From: Phoronis australis
Taxonomy: Eukaryota > Animalia > Phoronida
Reading direction: 5' to 3'
NCBI GenBank assembly: GCA_002633005.1
Contig: NMRA01000280.1
Coordinates: forward strand, 264,080 to 328,079
DNA: 64,000 nt
Shown here: positions 25,301-36,445 of the stretch, piece after piece
How the letters are laid out: every line of letters starts with the position of its first letter
Position numbering within the stretch: position 1 is the first letter of the stretch
Program-made: the position numbers and the translations under genes
The notes under the pieces: model-generated
What the model saw: the letters and a program-made list of their open reading frames with translations, nothing else
Databases searched by the model: none
What the model was told of the DNA's origin: nothing

Positions 25301-28300
25301 TTACAAATTGCTGTTATCTGCCAGACATTCGCTGAAATCAAGTCTGGTGTCTGCCATTTAAATACGCTTAAAATCTTCTTTTTAACAAATGATATTTGTC
25401 CTAGAGGCAGAGTATTCGTCTGCTAATGCGGGAGTTGTGGATTCAAATCTGCACTACTGCTATTTTCTGTAAAAATATTTTTCTCGCTGAGATGGTCCGT
25501 TTGATACACCTTTCAATTTTTGTTTAAAGATAAAATAGAAGTAGTTGTTAAGCAGGCCATTTTGGTGTCTTAACAGTATTCAGTACTAAGCTGTGCTCCT
25601 TGTGGCCCTCAAAGGCTGACACTCAAATCATGCAATGCTTATTCTAAAGTGTATTAGTAATCTTGACTGTCACAACTGTTGCGCAGATGTCACAGTTGTT
25701 GGATATCCAGTTGATTGTGATTCTCTGTTGAATTAGTCATGAAGCATCAACGTAGCGCTTCAGGTTTGGCCAAATATGTGTAAANTCTGTTAACACCAGT
25801 TTAGTGTTGCATAAATTTTCAATTCAATAGGACTGCAGACAAACTATTGGCTCAAATCAAGTTGCCCATGACTTGATTAATGGCTTAGTGAACATATTGC
25901 ACTCTGTTCACTGGCAATATGGGCTTTTTTGTATTGGGATAAGTTAGGATATTAGCCAATTGCATTTTATTGAGTTTTGATTTCTTTGGAGATGTGTTCG
26001 GCTGAAGTAACCTACCTGTCAACATTAACAGGTCAAAAAATACCACCCATTTTTAATGCATCACTTCTTACAGGAACCACCACCCATAATTTGAGTTTTT
26101 TTCTGAAGACCACCACCCATGAATTTTTATTTCTACTGCCGTCCCCCCCCCTCCCACACGGATTTTACTGGAACAGCCCTAAATCCATTGTGTTTTTACG
26201 ATTTTTATTACAAATCGCTGTTATCTGCCAGACATTCACTGAAATCAAGGCTGGTGTCTGCCATTTAAATACACTTAAAATATTCTTTTTAACGCATGAG
26301 ATTTGGCCTAGAGGCAGAGCATTCGTCTGCTAATGCGGGAGTTCTGGATTCAAATCTGCACTACTGCTATTTTCTGTAAAAATATTTTTCTCGCTGAGAT
26401 GGTCCGTTTGATACACCTTTCAATTTTTGTTTAAAGTTAAAATAGAAGTAGTTGTTAAGCAGGCCATTTTGGTGTCTTAGCAGTATTCAGTACTAAGCTG
26501 TGCTCCTTGTGACCCTCAAAGGCTGGCACTCAAATCATGCAATGCTTATTCTAAAGTGTATTAGTAATCTTGAATGTCACAACTGTTGTGCAGATGTCAC
26601 AGTTGTTGGATATCCAGTGGATTGTGATTCTCAGTTGAATGAGTCATGAAGCGTCAACGTAGCGCTTCAGGTCTGACCAAATATGTGTAAATAAGCTAGT
26701 GAATACACTAACTCTGTAATAGCAAATTTATCATATTGTCAATAATTTATTGCAGACGTATAAAAAACTGGAATCCATGCGATGGTATGAGGCGTTACTG
26801 TTTTATGGGTGTAAGCCAGACCAGGAGATGAGTGCTGATGATGATGATATCCGACTCATGCCCAATATTATTGAAAAGGTCTTGTTACCAAAACTTACAG
26901 GTGAGTAAGAATTTCCGATGAACTGCTAAGAATTATCCCAAATCAAAGGCTATTTATTTCCAAAGCACTAGGTACACAGCTGAAGCATTGCGGGTTCAAT
27001 TACATGTCTTTGGAAGGTGTTCTTGTCAAACTCTGTGTTGTTTCTTCCCTTTTGTTCATGAAAACATCCCTTGAAACTGATACTACTCTCATTGAGGAAG
27101 TATAGTAAGTATTGTGCTGACAAAACACGGGGTATAAGCAATTCCATTGATCAATTTGCGACCTCAGATTTTGTTTGGCAACGTGGTAAAAATACCGAGT
27201 CGCCATGCCACTTCCGAGCATGCACTCAAAATAGCACTGGAAGTAAACAGACAGAAGTCTGAATCGTTGATCAAAAATTTGAAGGGCCTAGCTGTGTTCA
27301 TGTGGCCCAGGAGGTGGACCTACACACAGGGCGTTGGGTCCAAAGGGGGAAAAATTGGTGATTAATGAGCATGCAAGATTCTCCTCATCTTCAATTCAAG
27401 CACAAGGGTTTAGTACATGTCTTGTGTCACACTAAACGCAACATCTTTCTAATCATTTCCTGTCTGTTTGGCCCAGTTTACCTACCTACAACGATTGTTT
27501 TCTGAGGAAGACACTGGTTTGATTCCCCAATGACACCAGTTCTGTCTGTTTCAGCTCTCATCGACACCGTGTACGATCCAATGTCCTCACGACAGACACA
27601 GAACCTTGTTGAGCTAGTGGAACAGTTGTTTGATGATTATCCAACCATCCACGCGACTAACAAGGCCACTCAGGTCTGTGTTGATGATAGAAATAAAAGA
27701 GGAGTAGTAACATTTATTGTTGATAAGTATGTCATCTTGCTATATTTTGTTGCATACTGTCTCGTGAGTGTGGTTACTCTTCACCTATTCAGCACACAAG
27801 ATGGCTGACAAATAGGAATTTATTCTATAAGTTTTCATAAATATACATCAAGAACTTTTTCTCTACTTTTAGCATTGTTTGTTTGGTGCAGATGTCATAC
27901 AACAACATGGTAAATAGATAAATAACAAATTAGTTGTATTTGAAATAACTTTCGAATTACTGTAAACCATCCTCATCCAGCTTGAGACCCTTTGCAGTAT
28001 TTTCTATGGTTTTGTCGAAAACTTTTTTCGTGGAGGACAGTAAAAGATGTAAGAAGTATGGTGAAATTTTTGCTATTTTTTATTTAATAGAATGTCATTT
28101 ATCTTAATTGTGAACATACCATTTTCCCTAGAATTTCACTATGATAAGTGTGTTGTTGAGGGTATTCTTTTTCGACAGGCTCTGGTAAAAGCTGTGGTGA
28201 AGAGGATACACAAGTGCCTGGATAATGATGTGTTTATGCCTCTCTATCCAAAACCGTAAGTCTAGAAACCACTTGCCTGTAACTATTAGGGTTGTTGTCA

Positions 28301-31300
28301 TTGTCTGGCAGATAACGACGAGAACTGGCGTTTTTTTATTAAAATCACAAAACAACAAATTTTGTTGTTTTATACTCTTGTCCAAGTTAATAACTTCAAA
28401 AAGTCCCATTCAGCAACAATCACAAAATTGCGTTTTTCGGCCACAAAAACGATACTGTCCCTTTCATGTTTGCATCCACGGATTTTCAAGTCTTTGAATC
28501 TGTCAATTTAATTGCCTTTGTTGTTAGTAGAAACAGACATAATGTGCCTGTGTTTCTTGAGTTCTAAATTCAAATCACTGCCCCTGGGAGCCTGTAGCAA
28601 TCCCAAGCCTCACATCTGCGTTGCTGTGCGCTATTAGTCTGTCTGGGACATAAGTAAGCTAAAAATTCTTCAGTTTGGGACTGGTATAATTTCTGAAATT
28701 GCAATTTATCCTAGTTTCCATAAAGGCTTATTATATGAGGTGATACCCATAAGTTCTCCATTGGTAATTTGCCCCCTTCGAAATAGCCCCCTACACGTAT
28801 GAAATGGTCCTGGTGTTTCTTCCACGAGTCCATGCATTTCTGATACTCTTCGCACGTCTCCCTTGGTAGCTGATTGCTGGTGAATCTCCTGTGTTGACTT
28901 GAAATGGTACATTTAGTTTGGGGAATAGAAATCAGTTTCAGGGGGCTACATCTGGTGAGTAAGCCGGTGTGGAATGACCTAAGTGTTTCTAGAATCCAAG
29001 AATTCTTGAACACCATGCGATGTGTGAGTGGGCGCATTGTCTTGATGAGAGGACCAGTCATTGTTTTCCTTCAGAATCTGTTCTGGTCGTTTGTAGTGAA
29101 AGGTCTCCCTAAGTAGTTTTAAAACTGCACAGTAAAACTCTACATTAACAGTTTGTCCCTGAAGAACGAATTCCTTGTGGACAATGCCTTGCACGTTAAA
29201 TAAAAACAATCAACATGGACTTCGCGTTGCTTTGAACTTGGCGTGCTTTCTGCGGTCTCGGTGAACGAGGTGACTTCTGTAGTGAAATCTGTTGCTTAAC
29301 TTCGTGGTCATGGCTGTATATCACCAGTAATAATCTTAAAAACAACGTCACCTCTGACTCAGTTTTTTTTTGAGATCCCAGCAAATCACAGTTTGGCGGA
29401 CCTTCTCATTGTCGCTAAGCAATCGCGAAATGAATTTTGGAAGAAGCATATGTCGTGTTCAGTTGGTCAGACAAAATGCGCCTGAACATTCCCGGAAGAC
29501 ATACCTAAAATGTTGTAATCGTCATGGTTATTCTTCTGTGGTCTTTTTCAACATTCTGTGGTCTTTTGCTTGTCTAAGGTCTCTCACATCACTCATTTTC
29601 AATTGAAGTTCGTCTTTCCTTGAAATGTTGAAATCACCCAAACACCCTGTTTTGGTACATTGCATGATTCCCAAAAGCTTCTTAGAGGAGGGGATATGTT
29701 GCAATTCCAGTCTTGCTGATGTTGAAACAATATCTCATGTACATTCTTTGTGCCTGCAAATAAGTCACTTCAAAATTGCCAATTACATGGAAGCTTTCTG
29801 GCTGAACATCCAAAAGCTCAGCGATGAACGTACGCCACCTGAATTACCACGCACGCACGCACACATGCACCCATGCATGCACCCACGCACGCACGCACAC
29901 ATACACACTCACATAAAGGGTGGCAAGTAGAACTGTCGGGCCACGTTTACTCACTACATCCAAATTACCACAACTGATGGGTACCACGTCATATTTCTTC
30001 AAGTATTCATAAATTAAGTGTTAGGTGACATCTATATGATACATACCATGCTAAGAGGCAATTGGGCTTTTCTTACAAGTTAACAAATTTGACAAAATAT
30101 AATTCCAATTAATTGTTCACCTTATTAGTTCTCAAGAAGAATTTTTACTGTTGCACAGAGTGCACAATTGTGGTTTAAATGCTATTTCATTGTGGCCTGT
30201 TTTAGGATGCTTGAGAACAGGCAAGGTGCTCCTAATATGTTCCTGCAAAGGCAGTTCTGGACATGTACTAAGGTGAGGCATTTACACTTACCTACCTGTT
30301 TTATTTTATTGTGAGTAGAAAAACATGCTCTGAAGATTCTGTTTGTTGGATTTAAGATTCTCTTGTCTTGTGTCGTCCAGGCTGCTGGTACATGACTCTG
30401 GTGGCGCCCCGACTGAACCCATTGTCATTCATGTATTCCTAATCAGAGAGTCGCTAGGAATTACCCACAATATTTTAAGAAACAATGACTAACAAATAGC
30501 TAGAGTGACATGCGACAAAAACAAAGATTTTGGGTTTTTTTTGGCAGTCACAGTGAATATCAGGCGAAGAATTAATGTGTTCTCAACTCCTGGTTTCAGG
30601 AATGCTCGGAATATCAGCTATTAGATGTTCCTAAACATTCAGTCACCTATTAAGTTATTTTTAGCCTTTTTTATCTGATTTCGTGTCAGAAAATCCCTGA
30701 ATTTACCTTTCAGATAAACGTTTTAACAGTACTGAGGTTGCATGCAGCTTGGCAAATGGTAACCAGTGTTGTATTTATGTAGTTGCTAGGTAACATTTTG
30801 GCATGGCACAGTGTCATCGATGAGGGCATTCTCCAGGAACTAGCACTAGATGGCCTTCTGAATCGCTACATTATGTTGTCGCTACGCACCGCTGATGTCA
30901 ACTCACTACTGATCAAGAAATATCAGGCTGTAAGTCACTGATGGTAGTGCTGGTTGTGTACAAGTTACTGTCAACTTTGTTTATTGTTTAATCAGATTCT
31001 GCTCACCTGAGACCACGACCACCACTCAACTTTGCTTGAGACTTGACTTGTATTCTGACCAGGCCCGTAGCCAATATTATACGAGGGTGGGTTTGAATTT
31101 CTAAAACGCTGGACCTTTTGATGGCGTTTTGCAATAAGTAGCGTCGACCCTCTCTACCTTTTTGGTTAGCGCCCTTCAGAAGCTGACAATGAGCGACCCA
31201 ATAAGTTTCCAAAGCTTTATTGTCAACAAAATCAATAGTTGAACAAAATCCATCAAAAGATAAAGCTACAATACACTTAACTCAGTGTACATGAAAGTTC

Positions 31301-34300
31301 CACTCTAAGTACTTTGCTCATCGAAGCGAGGACATACACAGCAGGTTAATACGCTACCAAATTTCATCTTCCTGGGATTTATTTGTTCAAAACGCTGGAC
31401 AACTCTGTCAATTACTTTTTATCTCTTTGTTGTAATGAACACGCATCTGTGCCAGGGATGACATTCGGTCACCACTCATACTTGCTCGCATGAACGTGTC
31501 AAGTCTGCATAATGTGCTAGCAGATCTCTCACATTCACACGATGTCACCGGTAGTGTAGCCAAAATTTTCTGCAGTACATAGACGTTCGGATACAAAGTT
31601 TGGTCACAGTCTTTAATAGTCTAGACACATGTCGACGGTCTATTCTGATGGAATTTCCACTTGTGCCTCCATCGGATGAGAGCAGATCTGCTTGATTCGT
31701 GTTGATGACTTTTGGCTCAATTTCCCCGAGATGAGATGGAATCAATGCTAGAAGGGAGGATGCTGTAACGGTTGTTCGTGAAAAAAGGGCCCCAAATTCA
31801 GATGCAATGTGATCCAGAAACGGTATCACCACTGTTCTCAAACAATACTGTTTGGAGATTGTGCCTGTTTTCCCTTATTTGTGCTTTGTCCTTACTGTTT
31901 AAGGCAGTGTCAACACCTTTCTGTGGATTTTCCATCATTCTTACAAATGTATTGGCATCATCTAATGCCTCCATGTGATATCTTCTTGAAATGCTCAGAC
32001 AGTACTTTTGTTTTATGATGCCACTACCTGAATGGCCTGTTCACTAACTTTGTTGGCTGCCTTGTTATGTCACTTTTTGAAAATAAAGCTCAAGAAATGC
32101 AGAGCGCACCATCAATTTTTTGAGCTATACACCAATGAAATGCCAAACTCTTTAAACTAAGCGTGTCTGAATGAGCGATTACACCCCGCCGCATACTCTG
32201 TTGGAAAATGTAGCTTGGAGATGGTTTGTCGTGACTTTTGATAAGTTTGTATTTTTGCACGTCACGTAATTTGCTTAAGGCGTTAGAAACCTCTATTGAG
32301 TCTGTTGCTCGGACGAACTCTGCGAGGTTGTGCACCATTGACACTGGTTTGCTGTTAACATCAGACTTTTCTTCATTGACTGAAGATTGGTTAGTGGGCA
32401 TAGGCATACATGTACTTGTTCCGTCCTGTGAGCAGTCACCCGTGTCTATATCGGGGTTTTCTGTAAACAGTACAGCAGTTAAACGTCTGGTTTTGGGAAC
32501 AGGAGTAATAGTGAAGATACGTAAGCTGAACTAAAGAGTGGAAATGCATACAAATATGCATCATTATGCATGTCAATCTAATGATCCACTAGTACAGTGT
32601 AAATTGTAGTCATCACGAGACCACGTGCGTTTGTGGTTAGTCGGTGGCTTTGAAACTGTCAGTCTCTTGAAGCGTCCTGTGGTTGTCTGTAGGCCTAACA
32701 TCCTGTTATCTACAAGAACTACTAGGCGATGTTCTTGAGGTCTGATGTCACTATGCAAAATGGTTTGAATCAGCAGAGCATTTAGGTTTCGAAATCATTA
32801 CTAGTTTTGTTATTGTAATAAATAGTGGCTGTAGTAATTTTTGTTGGTGTTCAGCTACGTCCTTATCGTAGCCTATAGCTGGACCTTTTTGGCGGCGGGT
32901 GTGGGGGGTTCGATCGAACACCCCCTGGCTACGGGCCTGCTGACCAGTCATGGATGGCTTTGATTACTGTTGTGCTCCCATGTGGCAGTTTTGGTTATGT
33001 TTTGCTCGTATTCTGGGAGTTCCTCAGGATTTTCATGGAATTTGGCAAGTAGTTTTGTGTGAAAGACGATAAGGCCTTTCCAATTTTGGTTAGATGTATT
33101 CCGCGTCATCAAATGGCAGTTTTTATGATACTAAAAAACTCCCCAAGAAACACACCATTAACGGTGCAGTCTTTGGTGCATTTCAATGTTCTACATTGCT
33201 CTTGTTAGACCTTTCTTAGCACTACATGTCATAACTGTGATCTAGCAAATCAGACCTAATAAAAGTAACATCACTGATTTTCATTAAACGTATTTGCAAC
33301 ATGCAGTTTAGTTCAATATATAGGGTTTTCATTTTCTAGTAACTGTAGTGTGATTGGCTTGTACTCTCTTTTTGTGTGTTATAGAGTAACTATAAACACT
33401 GTTGTTTGTCATTTTTTAATGAAACATGCTGTTTGTAGGCACTTCAATGTCTCCATACTTCGTAATCTATGGGACCACAGAACTGTTGTTGCAACTGGAC
33501 CTTCTGTGCATAGAATACCAATAACTTAGACTCAAAGTGCTTTAAATATTCAAGTCTTTAATTAATTTTTGGAGATCTGTTTTAATTAATTTTTGGAGAT
33601 CTGTTTTCATGCTTCAAATATTTCCTTTTCTGATTAAGTTGTAAATAGTCCTTCCATGCAACAGTGGGTGGTTCATATTAAATATTCCTCCTAATAGGCT
33701 TCTTATATCAAACAGGTGACGTCTGTGTTACCGAAGCCATGGTTCAGACGGCTGGAGGGTGACTGTACGCTCAAGAGGCTGGAGTCATTGTGTAGCTGTC
33801 TGATGTCTGTTGCCAATTCACTGGACCGTAACTGTACTAGCAATAGGGAGACAGACAAGAAAGAGCTAAGGTGTGCATTGTCGGGGGCCCTACATAAGCT
33901 TAATGGGTACCTTGCCTAATCAGTCTCAATGTCTGATGTAACAGCGAGCCCTCTGAAATCAGCTGGGTTATTAAGTGACCATCCAATAGTGTTTTTGTCG
34001 AACAAGCATTCTGCGGCACCTGCAGCACGTGATGTGGGTGGATATTTATTACGCTTTGCTTTAACGTTGATCGGATGTATTTATTACTCATTCAAAAAAT
34101 CCAAGGTGACCAAACGTCCATAGATGAAAAAAGTCCCATTTGTCTTTGCCAGTTGAACCTGTCTTGATATAGTTTAAGACTGAGTCAAGCAGAATGTGCT
34201 TCGTGCGTGCACTACACAAAGATGTTCAATGTCAGATGATTGTTATTAATTAGTTTTGATTAACGCCCATAGAAAAGGTACACGTTTCTGTTTTACTCTG

Positions 34301-34660
34301 TTGAAGGCATGCACTTAGTTTCTCAAATGCCCTGAGCATTAAACTGGACATATTTGATAGTATGCCAATGAAATAGTACTTGATGAAGTTATGTTCATTA
34401 GTGTGTTTGCGCGTGCATGTAAGCGTGCATGTGTGTGGGTGTGCATGTGGGCGTGTTTGTGTTTTTGCCTGTGTTGTGGTTTTGTCTTTTGACACTGCAT
34501 AGCTGTGTTACGATTTTCAGGACAAATGCAAAAGTATTACATCTAGATTTCTCTTCTTTTTTGTAGAGATAAAATCAAACAGATAGCAGAGATCCTTGTA
34601 AACATGAACGCCATGAATCATGCGATGACTCTGGCCAATATGTTTAGTTTGAAGATATGA
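13364..34660 (+). CDS. PAXBP1: PAX3/PAX7-binding protein 1 / GC-rich sequence DNA-binding factor (GCFC family), 19 exons, about 828 aa
   Basis: Exons 13364-13601, 15089-15213, 15549-15672, 16037-16166, 16888-17000, 17980-18056, 18910-19100, 20030-20219, 21367-21484, 21724-21787, 22625-22737, 24391-24590, 26756-26900, 27555-27673, 28179-28255, 30206-30272, 30783-30929, 33716-33870, 34567-34660 sum to 2487 nt in frame, all GT-AG. Family motifs: [134 protein letters not shown]. Alternative in-frame start ATG at 13373. Confidence 0.93.
13835..14597. mobile_element. Long-inverted-repeat (foldback/MITE-like) element in PAXBP1 intron 1
   Basis: About 160-bp imperfect inverted arms, 13835-13993 (GGTAATTGTTTACAATATGACGACATTGAC..) and about 14439-14597 (..GTCAATGTCGTCATATTGTAAACAATTACC). 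Confidence 0.75.
14660..14725 (-). mobile_element. tRNA-derived SINE-like head
   Basis: Minus strand TAGTTGAATGGTTAGCACACTCGCC..GCTGGATCGATTCCTGG carries Pol III A-box and B-box-like motifs but no intact cloverleaf. Confidence 0.45.
17481..17643. mobile_element. Small MITE-like inverted repeat
   Basis: TTCCAACAAAACTGACTTCA ... TGAAGTCAGTTTTTTGGAA. Confidence 0.5.
18323..18691. repeat. 26-bp minisatellite, about 14 copies, PAXBP1 intron 6
   Basis: Unit ATATCCAGCCTCTAGYGTACAATTCT. Confidence 0.95.
24037..24130. repeat. About 23-bp tandem repeat, 4 copies
   Basis: Variants of ATACACACGGTGGGCGCATATCA. Confidence 0.75.
25273..26691. repeat. 512-bp near-identical direct duplication (25273-25784 and 26180-26691) abutting an N at 25785
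   Basis: Both copies run TAAATCCATTGTGTTTTTACG...CAAATATGTGTAAA with scattered substitutions. Confidence 0.9.
26030..26179. mobile_element. One end of a second copy of the same Harbinger-like MITE family
   Basis: Ends in CCCCCCCCTCCCACACGGATTTTACTGGAACAGCCC followed by TAA, with ACCACCCAT subrepeats, matching the TIR of the element at 53107-53672. Inner boundary is approximate. Confidence 0.75.
28734..29950 (-). mobile_element. Decayed Tc1/mariner (mariner-like) transposon in PAXBP1 intron 15
   Basis: Frameshifted minus-strand mariner transposase fragments: SPRPQKARQVQSNAKSMLIVF, NVQGIVHKEFVLQGQTVNVEFYCAVLK, HQDNAPTHTS, C-terminal GGYFEG. Ends are approximate. Confidence 0.85.
31060..32939 (-). 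mobile_element. Decayed hAT-superfamily DNA transposon (THAP12/P52rIPK/ZMYM1-like transposase remnant) in PAXBP1 intron 17
   Basis: TIR CAGGCCCGTAGCCA...TGGCTACGGGCCTG with CTGAC on both flanks. Frameshifted minus-strand pieces include the hAT C-terminal dimerisation motif YPNVYVLQKILATLPVTSCECERSASTL..RASMSGDRMSSLA and VVIPFLDHIASE. Confidence 0.88.
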
Positions 34661-35363
34661 GGACCTGCATAGCACATTAGTCAGGTGACACTGTAGCACT
34701 ACTGAAGAATAAAGGGTGGTGTTCCTAAAACTTGAGGTATCCACCACCAAAGCCGTGAACTTGGAAGATTTCAGCGGACACCATTAGGACCCTATTCTTC
34801 AATCTGTAATGCACTGGTCCCCGCATCTCAAATGATTTACCTATACAGAACTGGCCCGTTGTATTTCTACCCAGATAAGAAAATATTTCTGGGCTTGCGA
34901 AGAACTAACAGTCTGTCATTACTTGAGACTGGGTTAATTATGTTGGGTTGTTGGTCTCATCATTTCATGGGTGGGATGCATTATGGCTGAAAGTGACCTG
35001 TTTCCATGTGTTAACACTAGATGGAGTTGTTAGTGGGCACTTAACACACCAGCTGTCTGCTACTTCAAGGCAGAACATTTTAGTGTGAATACCTGGGGTG
35101 TGTTCACCATAGTGAGATGGTACAAGTTTAAGAAAGATTATGCAGAGTTTCAGCGATGGTTCACCAGCTGTTGTCAGTGAATTTGCCATGGCCAACCAAA
35201 ACAGCAACAGTATGAAAGAAGTCATTTGGCTTTTTCATGGAACCTTGCAGCAGTTATTTCTAACGTTTTCTTACCATACTGCAATTTTGTTAATTGTCAC
35301 AATGTTCTCTTGTTAATTTGCTCGGCCTAGAAATTAACTTGTCATATTTGTTTCAATACAGCA

Positions 35364-35848
35364 TTAAAGTTAAGTAGGACCGCAGAAAAAGATACGAATT
35401 TGGTGAAGTTTGGAACATCATATATCAGAGTTAGTTTCAGATGCTATGCTTTATACACTATCTCCAAAAACCTTATTAACATTTAATCTTTTAATGTGAT
35501 CCACTATTGCAAGAGGGACTATCAACAAATAGATTTTTATGTAAAACATCAAAAGCTGCACTGAATAAAAACAAAATGATATTTTAGAAAACTTTAACTG
35601 AAATTTAGTCATGTTTTTGATGGTGTTGTTTTGCTATGAATGTACCTTTCTTTTTTGCTAAATTTTACTGAAAAGACTATAACATGACGTAATCAATGGC
35701 AGATTGGTACAAAGTCAAAAATTGGATTCTACAGGCTTTCTACTCTATGAAATTACATACTTTTACTAACCCTGGGTTAAATTTTATAATTTTCTTGTTA
35801 TTTGGCTGAATACACTGACTTGTGAATAAGGTCCTGCGTAACTTTTAA
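35364..35848. mobile_element. TTAA-flanked non-autonomous DNA element, diverged copy 3
   Basis: TTAAAGTTAAGTAGGACC...AAGGTCCTGCGTAACTTTTAA. Confidence 0.55.
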
Positions 35849-35885
35849 GTTGATGTGTTTCATTAAATCTGTGAAAATTCAAATT

Positions 35886-36148
35886 AACTAGTGCATAGGA
35901 AGCACTTCAGATGCTCTGAGCTTAATAAAACTAGTGCATAGGAAGCACTTCAGATGTTCTGAGCTTAATGAAACTAGTGCATAGGAAGCACTTCAGATGC
36001 TCTGAGCTTAATAAAACTAGTGCATAGGAACTACTTCAGATGCTCTGAGCTTAATAAAACTAGTGCATAGGAAGCACTTCAGATGCTCTGAGCTTAATAA
36101 AACTAGTGCATAGGAACTACTTCAGATGCTCTGATCTTAATAAAACTA
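35886..36148. repeat. 43-bp minisatellite, about 6 copies, downstream of PAXBP1
   Basis: Unit CTAGTGCATAGGAAGCACTTCAGATGCTCTGAGCTTAATAAAA. Confidence 0.95.
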
Positions 36149-36363
36149 GGTGCGTAAATTATGCAAATGAGCTTGAGGCACCCATGAATACCAGTTAATT
36201 CGGTTGTGAACATACAACAGCAACTTGACATCAGTCTAATTTTGATGTATCCGAATTGTTTTTAAGTTTTATGTGCTGTTTTAAGTCAGTGTGTTGACAT
36301 GGTATAAATATGAGCTATTGGTCTTCTTACATCACGTGACCTATAAGATGGATTTCTGTGATC

Positions 36364-36445
36364 GACCGGTGGTCTCCGCAGCTCAGAGCGTCTACACAGC
36401 TAGCAGGAAATCCTGGATTCGAGCCCCGGTTGGGACAGATGTTTT
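36364..36445 (+). mobile_element. tRNA-derived SINE-like fragment
   Basis: GCAGCTCAGAGCGTCTACACAGCTAGCAGGAAATCCTGGATTCGAGCCCCGG; B-box-like GGATTCGAGCC. Confidence 0.4.

Noticed and set aside
25160-26333. Two similar ORFs (..KSIVFLRFLLQIAVICQTF..) as paralogous genes
   Set aside because: They result from the 512-bp intronic duplication of repeat-derived DNA.
29845-29912. His-rich peptide (THAHMHPCMHPRTHAH), and similar at 34400-34470
   Set aside because: These are translations of CA/CG-rich microsatellite-like DNA.
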